This document shows positions 58,201 to 64,000 of a stretch of DNA of 64,000 nucleotides, in pieces. The notes below the pieces were generated by a model. The model was given only the letters and a program-made list of their open reading frames with translations. It searched no databases and was not told the origin of the DNA. The DNA is taken from contig NW_003314339.1 of the NCBI RefSeq assembly GCF_000143415.4, forward strand, positions 179,751-243,750. The letters are read 5' to 3'. Within the stretch, counting starts at the first letter, position 1; each line of letters starts with the position of its first letter. The translations under genes and the position numbers were made by a program. Origin of the DNA: Selaginella moellendorffii. Its lineage: Eukaryota > Plantae > Lycopodiophyta.

Positions 58201-60657
58201 TTATAGCAAATGATTGCTACAACCCTTTTCCAACACTTTATGGGCAAACTCAAGGAAACAAGGTACCAACTTAAGCTTAGCATAATGGACCACCATCGAG
58301 AATCCAGTCAAAGCTACTTCAATGTTACTACTTGTAAGTAGACTAGCATCACCATCAACCACTTTGGGGTTGATCATCGTTTAACCAAGCAACTTCGTAA
58401 ACACATTGCTCACTATCACATGGATATGATATAAGTATCACAATGAGTTGATCATCAATTGAGTAACACCACGAGCAATGCCAATGTCATTACTTCAAAG
58501 GTTTATGTGACTATCAAGTGCCAACTCAATTCGACAAAATGCAACATAAATGCCACACTCCACCGATAGAGATTTACAACACTGAACACCACCAACTTTT
58601 GTTCACAACACGGACAAGCTCATGCCACTCGCTTTTCGACCAAACTCAAAACTTAACCCAACACCAAGCTACTCAAGGAGCAATAGCAAGGTTCCCCGGA
58701 AAAGAATTGAGCATTGCAACCCAAGTCTTCCAATAGCAAGCCTAGACAAAATGGTATAGCGCTTCACTGCTATCCATCCCATAACTCACCATTTGTAAGA
58801 CCATCATCTCCAACATGTATCAAGATAGGGACTCTTGATTGCATGATGTGAACACGAGCAATGAGTCACCCCTCGTTGCAAATCATCTCTCCAAGAAGAG
58901 AAGATGATTTACGTGTTTGATCCTTTGTCCCCGACGACTCTCTTTTCGGTCTTATCTTTTGACTTCACCTCAAGCTTGCTTTCGCACTGCCTTCAGTCCA
59001 ATCCAAGAAAAGTTTATGAGAGAGTACGGCAATGATTACTTGAACCAATAGACTAATCCCTACAGTCTTGACTGATCCACTTGTAACCATGCCTAGGAAG
59101 GATCCACTAGTGCCATGCTAAACAGCTACAGACCAGCCTATTTGCCACTCATAGCAAACTCAGGGAAGGTTTGCTCTTACCCACGGTACATGGAACAACT
59201 CATGGAACCACTGAGAGGCTAACATTAATCCTGCCAACTCAAAGTGTAACCTTAAGTTGCTAATGTGCCTCACTCACGAGCCCAAGCATAAACTCGTGTA
59301 ACCAGAACAACTCAATCCCTTTTGTGAGCCCAAGCTCAAGCTTACAGAATATGGTACAAAAGGTAACCAAAATCATACCCAAGGAACGAATGTGAACCCT
59401 TTGCACCAAACGTGTACCCACTCGGATCATCGTCTTCATCTCTGCGTATGCAATGAGACTAGTTGCCCAATCTCATTGGATAGTACTCGCCGAGACTCAC
59501 TCTCTGATACCAAATGTAGCGCATGTGGTTTTGACCCTTTATCCTATGGTGATTTACCATAGGATAACACCACGAAGCGGAACCTAACCCTCTTTGTGCC
59601 ATGTGACAGATGCCATGTGTCACATGCCATGTGTCCATGCCACGTGTCCATAGGAACCCGAGGTTCAGGGCCTTGGGCCACTGAACGAAGGAACGGTGCC
59701 AAACTCCCAAGCATGGAGCCAAGGAGTGATGGAACCGAACCACGGAGCAACTCCCAAGCATGAAGCCCAAGGAGCGAAAGGACAGGAGCCCGGAGCGACT
59801 TGGAACAGTCCTGGAGCAACCAGCATCCCAATGCCAGGACCAGCACGCAAAATGGAGCCAAACGGAGTCTGGCGCTATTTCGACATACCGGTGGCCTAAC
59901 GCGAGGACATGGGTACTCCACCAACTAGCATGGAATGGAACTTGGGCTTAGACCCAAGCCGGACGCAGAACAAGGACAGGCACGCAAGCGGGAGCTAGAC
60001 TATGCCTCAGGTTGGTCGGCCATGCCCGACCTACCCACTATCCCTACTATACATTTGGAACCCCCCATAGCCCCCCCCCTTGAGGAACACATGCTTTGGG
60101 CTTTCACCCCAAGCCTCCCTTAGTATCAGGAGTTAGTCTCTGGGACAAGCTCGAAACTTACTAAATATGGAATGTCCCTAGATTGCGAATTTGGACACGG
60201 GACGAACACCATTGTGTTCAGGACAATCTCTACATTCCGTAGATATGCCAAATAAGCAAATCTGGACACTTTCCATAAATAGCATTTGGGACCGAAATGA
60301 GACTAACACAAAAGGCATGATAGCGAGGGTGTTTGGCAGACACGGTAAGCTATCATCTAGCAATATTGAGGGACCAATCTCAATATCACGGGGGTTCTTG
60401 ATACTAGCAAGTGCACGCCAATGACAGGAGTTTCTCAAACCAGGCCGAGTATGCTCAGCAAGAAACACATAGGGTTCCTACCTTATGTTTATCCGATCTA
60501 AGTACACGGTCATTGACCAGTTTCTCAACTAGCTCAAGTGGGAAACTGATAACGGGTCCAGCAATACCGACCTCCTGCCATCGTGGCAGTAAGGTAAGAG
60601 TGTCCGTAAGGACTAGCCGACAGGTAACTTTCGATACCCGAAGTCACATTCGCGACA
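52281..60657 (-). mobile_element. Full-length family A non-autonomous LTR retrotransposon (LARD-like)
   Basis: LTRs 52281-53424 and 59515-60657 (~99% identical by eye); TSD TCGGC; iMet PBS at 59512-59502; PPT AGGGGGGAGAG ending at 53425; no long internal ORF. Confidence 0.95.
55267..56413 (+). mobile_element. Solo LTR (family D, B-related), 1147 bp
   Basis: TGTAAG...CTTACA ends; TSD TAAAT (55262-66 and 56414-18); GC-rich, with a GAGTCC-type minisatellite. Confidence 0.92.
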
Positions 60658-61267
60658 TCGGCTCTTGGTCTCAACCTTGGACTCCATCTCAGACTCCATC
60701 TCGGGTCCATCTTGGACTCCATCTTGGGTCCATCTTAGACTCCATCTCAGGTCCATCTCAGGTCCATCTCGAACTCCATCTCGGTTCTATATCGGGTCCA
60801 TCTCGGGTCCATTTCAGGTCAATATCGGACTCCATCTTGAACTCCATCTCGGACTCCTTCTTAGACTCCATCTCAAACTCCTTCTTAGACTCTATCTCAA
60901 ACTCCTTCTCAAACTCCTTCTCAAACTCCATCTTGGACTCCTTCTCAAGCTCCTTTGCAGACTCATTCATGACACTTCCATATGTCATGACACTTGCCAT
61001 GTATTAGTCCTTCTGGTGTCCCGTTTTAAAGACTCATTCACTGATTGCTTTGGCCTCATCTCTCAAGCACTTCATTCAGAGTTCCACTCCCACTCTCAAC
61101 TTTCCAAGTTAGAGCCTTTAGTCCAAACATATTATGCTTGTTAAACTTCCGCTTTGATGAAACGTGTATGTACATTCCCCAATGTCCCGTAGGGACTAAT
61201 ACAAAAACTGGGCATGCTGCCCAAAGCTCATGCTACCTAGTGGTGATCTCCCTCATCTAAAGTGAGA

Positions 61268-64000
61268 CTAGGCCTGCAGTAGAAGCGGCTGCGGTCGTCT
61301 CCGTCGTATCACGTCCAGATCCATATCCCCCCTTCGTGCTGACCGCAAGATCGACTCCGGGGGGCGCCATCTCCAACGAACCTCCTTGTGATCTCCTCTA
61401 CCAAAACATGGCAGCCATGCTTTTTGCCACTCCTCGAGCCTCTCGAGCTTCCCCCTGTCCCGGAGGATAGCATGGTGAAGCCGTATTGCCGCCAGTGTAA
61501 GTCTCCACCACTCTGCCAGTACCTGTGATACTCTGACCTGTGTCCCTTCGAAGTGTGCCCGGTTGCGTGCTTCCCAAAGGGCCTGGACTCCCGTCGCTCG
61601 CCATATCGCCCATCGAGCATGTCCAAGCGCCTCCCACACGGGGACTCCTACCTCCGCCCCGGTCGTGTCCCACCGGACCTGACTCCCCCAGCCGTGTCGT
61701 CCTCTGCACCTAATGTGTCGTAGGGCTGGGCCCTGGGCAGGGCCCCTCGCTTCCTCAAACCAGTGAAGCACATCCCCACTGCGGGCCTCAAAATCCTGTG
61801 TCACGCCCAACTCCTTCCCTGCCTTAATAATCTGGCGCCACACTTCCTTTGCAGTGTCACACTCCCACAGTGCATGCTTGACTGTCTCGATTTTGTCACA
61901 CTCCCTGCACCTGCGACTCGCGTCGTCCTGGAATCGCTGTCCAACCGGAAGTCCGTTGTTTGCTACCAACCACGAGGTGACTTTCACTTTTTCCTGCACG
62001 GGCAACTTCCAGAAGTGAATCGTGTTGTCCACCACTTGCTCCGCGCCAACCCCCTGTGCTATCCATTTCTGCCACAGCTTCGGAATCTCCTCTCTCGCCT
62101 CCTCTCGTGATGTCAGTAGTCCATTCCGCGCTTCCTTGACTGCATAGGAGAAAAAGCTTCCTGTCCCTCGTCGCCATGCAGCAGGGTCCCAGTCCAGATC
62201 TTCTAGTAGCTGCTGTCGCCACCATATCAGTGATCCATCGCCCTCCAGCAGGTCTTCTGAGTCCACCACGTCCAGCCTCTTGGGTGAGTGCCTAAGCACA
62301 CGAATCCTCCCACGTACCTCATCGTCCGTGACGTCTGGCATCTCTTGTCTCTCACCCATCGGGAGAAGCGTGTCTCCTCTCGTGATGCGAAACGGCAGTC
62401 CTATGTTGAGCTCTGGTGCGGCAACGAACCACACCTCAATGTCCCCTTCTTCCCATGCTGGTGTAGGTGCGGTGAATGCTCGAGTCCACGTCCCTAGCGG
62501 ACATCGCACAGCATCGTGTTCCTCCCACTCTGTTTGCCGCTGGATCGCCACAAAGTCCCCTGCTTGAAGGCATCTTCTCGGCCACTTCGTCCCTGCTTTC
62601 GTGTTGTTCACCACTCGGAGGAGTCGCAGAATGTCCAGCAGGATGTTACGTCGCTTCCAAGGTCCAAACACTTGAGTCCTTCTCGCTGTTCGCCACCAAT
62701 CCCTATCAATCACTCCCGTCAGCTGCTTCATTGTCCGGAATCCATTTGCGTGCATTTTCCTCCAGATCGTGTGGTGTGTCTCTCGTCCTAGTGTCACACC
62801 TCCCTCTTTGAACAGTGCATTGAAAAACAAAGGCTGGTTGAGCCACTCCTCGGCCCTGGTCGGTGGTGTTTGCTCCAGCGGAAAGGCTCTCCACAGTCGA
62901 TGAAGGCTCTGGACGAAGTTGCCCCCCTTCACTACCTGCGTCGGTCCTTCTGCGAAGAGCCACCGTGGGTCCTCCTCCCACGGTTTGGCTGCATTGTGTT
63001 TGGGGCGTATCGCTAGGAGGCTCTGCCGAAACATGAGTCGCCACGGCTGTCTCCCCTGTTGCAAGCCCATGAGAAAAATCTTGTACCTCATCGCCTTCGC
63101 CATGTCGCTGGGGTCAATGATCCCTAGGCCCCCTAGAATGCGCGGCCTCGCTGTAGATTGCCACGCCACCTTGGCCATGGTTCGCCCTGTAGCCAATGCT
63201 CCACGCCATACGTAGGTCCGCACCATCTGTCTCACCTTCTGCAGTGTAGTTTCCAGCACCGGCCAAATCGAGAGGTGGTACCAGATGCTAGGGAGGATCA
63301 CACTCTTGACCACTACAATCCGGGCTGGGAGTCCGAGTTTCCTCGGTGTCCATTTCTGAACTGCAGTCCGGATCCTCCTGAGAAGCGTATCATCCTGTGT
63401 AGCCGCATTGTACCGGGTCCCAACCTGGATGCCGAGGTACCGAGTGTCTTCGCCGGGGCGAAGCCACTGAAAGCCTATCTCCTGTCCCCAGGTCTCAATG
63501 CCTGGCTCTCCCCAGTTCACGCCTACTGACTTGTTCCAGTTTATGGCTGCCCCCGCTGCCCTGTTGAAGATCTCCAGCTTGGACCTTGCTGCGTCCAGAT
63601 TCCTCGGGGTGGCAAGTAGGAAGAGTGTGGTGTCATCTGCAAATGCCCCGTCTTGCAGCTCTTGTGTCACAACTTGAGTTCCTGGGAGTTGTAGCCGTTC
63701 AGAGGGCAGCACCAGGCCTTTTACATCCTCTCCATGCGCGAGGAAAGAGCCCAGTGTTTCTGCTACTATCAGGAACAGGTAGGGGGCAAGTGGACATCCC
63801 TGTCTCACTGAGCGTCCCAAGTGGAAGGTCGGGCCTATCTCTCCATTCAGTGTGACCCGGCTTGTAGCTCCCCTATAGAGAAGTGAAATACGCGAGACAG
63901 TCCTTGCCGGGATCCCTATCCTCCGCATGCAATCCTCCAAGAAGTCCCAATCAACTCGATCATAGGCCTTCTCAAAGTCTAGTAGCCATGCTACAATCTG
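61268..64000 (-). CDS. LINE (L1/Tx1-like) ORF2: reverse transcriptase plus zf-RVT-like zinc finger, 5'-partial
   Basis: Open frame from the window edge: LDFEKAYDRV, VRQGCPLAP, FADD, YLG, GGLG and CRECDKIETVKHALWEC. No stops over ~900 aa. Element 3' end at ~61156. Confidence 0.95.
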   Translation of the reverse strand, partial: QIVAWLLDFEKAYDRVDWDFLEDCMRRIGIPARTVSRISLLYRGATSRVTLNGEIGPTFHLGRSVRQGCPLAPYLFLIVAETLGSFLAHGEDVKGLVLPSERLQLPGTQVVTQELQDGAFADDTTLFLLATPRNLDAARSKLEIFNRAAGAAINWNKSVGVNWGEPGIETWGQEIGFQWLRPGEDTRYLGIQVGTRYNAATQDDTLLRRIRTAVQKWTPRKLGLPARIVVVKSVILPSIWYHLSIWPVLETTLQKVRQMVRTYVWRGALATGRTMAKVAWQSTARPRILGGLGIIDPSDMAKAMRYKIFLMGLQQGRQPWRLMFRQSLLAIRPKHNAAKPWEEDPRWLFAEGPTQVVKGGNFVQSLHRLWRAFPLEQTPPTRAEEWLNQPLFFNALFKEGGVTLGRETHHTIWRKMHANGFRTMKQLTGVIDRDWWRTARRTQVFGPWKRRNILLDILRLLRVVNNTKAGTKWPRRCLQAGDFVAIQRQTEWEEHDAVRCPLGTWTRAFTAPTPAWEEGDIEVWFVAAPELNIGLPFRITRGDTLLPMGERQEMPDVTDDEVRGRIRVLRHSPKRLDVVDSEDLLEGDGSLIWWRQQLLEDLDWDPAAWRRGTGSFFSYAVKEARNGLLTSREEAREEIPKLWQKWIAQGVGAEQVVDNTIHFWKLPVQEKVKVTSWLVANNGLPVGQRFQDDASRRCRECDKIETVKHALWECDTAKEVWRQIIKAGKELGVTQDFEARSGDVLHWFEEARGPAQGPALRHIRCRGRHGWGSQVRWDTTGAEVGVPVWEALGHARWAIWRATGVQALWEARNRAHFEGTQVRVSQVLAEWWRLTLAAIRLHHAILRDRGKLERLEEWQKAWLPCFGRGDHKEVRWRWRPPESILRSARRGDMDLDVIRRRRPQPLLLQA

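Larger units (their letters stand above)
51535..61155 (-). mobile_element. Family B LTR split by the family A insertion (parts 51535-52280 and 60663-61155) and cut by a LINE
   Basis: Starts TGTAAGTGACTAAATTTTCCATTC; the minisatellite continues across the TCGGC TSD. Confidence 0.85.

Overview
Repeat-rich land-plant nuclear DNA. My inference is a lycophyte such as Selaginella, based on the PLS-type PPR genes, Crinkler-like fragments and a self-priming chromovirus; this is unverified. One intact-looking host gene (PLS-class PPR, 29380-31158) sits among nested retroelements. 2.2-12.8 kb is a partly duplicated mosaic of gene fragments (Crinkler/RHS-like P-loop NTPase, START-like, PPR). The rest holds Ty3/gypsy remnants, a non-coding LTR family B (minisatellite-bearing LTRs, tandem 5400-bp period), a young non-coding LTR family A element with a pol-bearing relative, several solo LTRs, a decayed 18S rDNA fragment and an open LINE ORF2 running off the right edge. 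Highlights: (1) a 375-bp Cassandra-like TRIM whose LTR carries 5S rRNA promoter boxes, with a perfect TSD but two dissimilar LTRs; (2) a chromovirus with a Tf1-like self-priming PBS, whose 5' half was inverted together with its TSD; (3) an LTR motif shared in the same polarity by four otherwise dissimilar LTR families. Family names A-D are my own labels. All alignments were done by eye.
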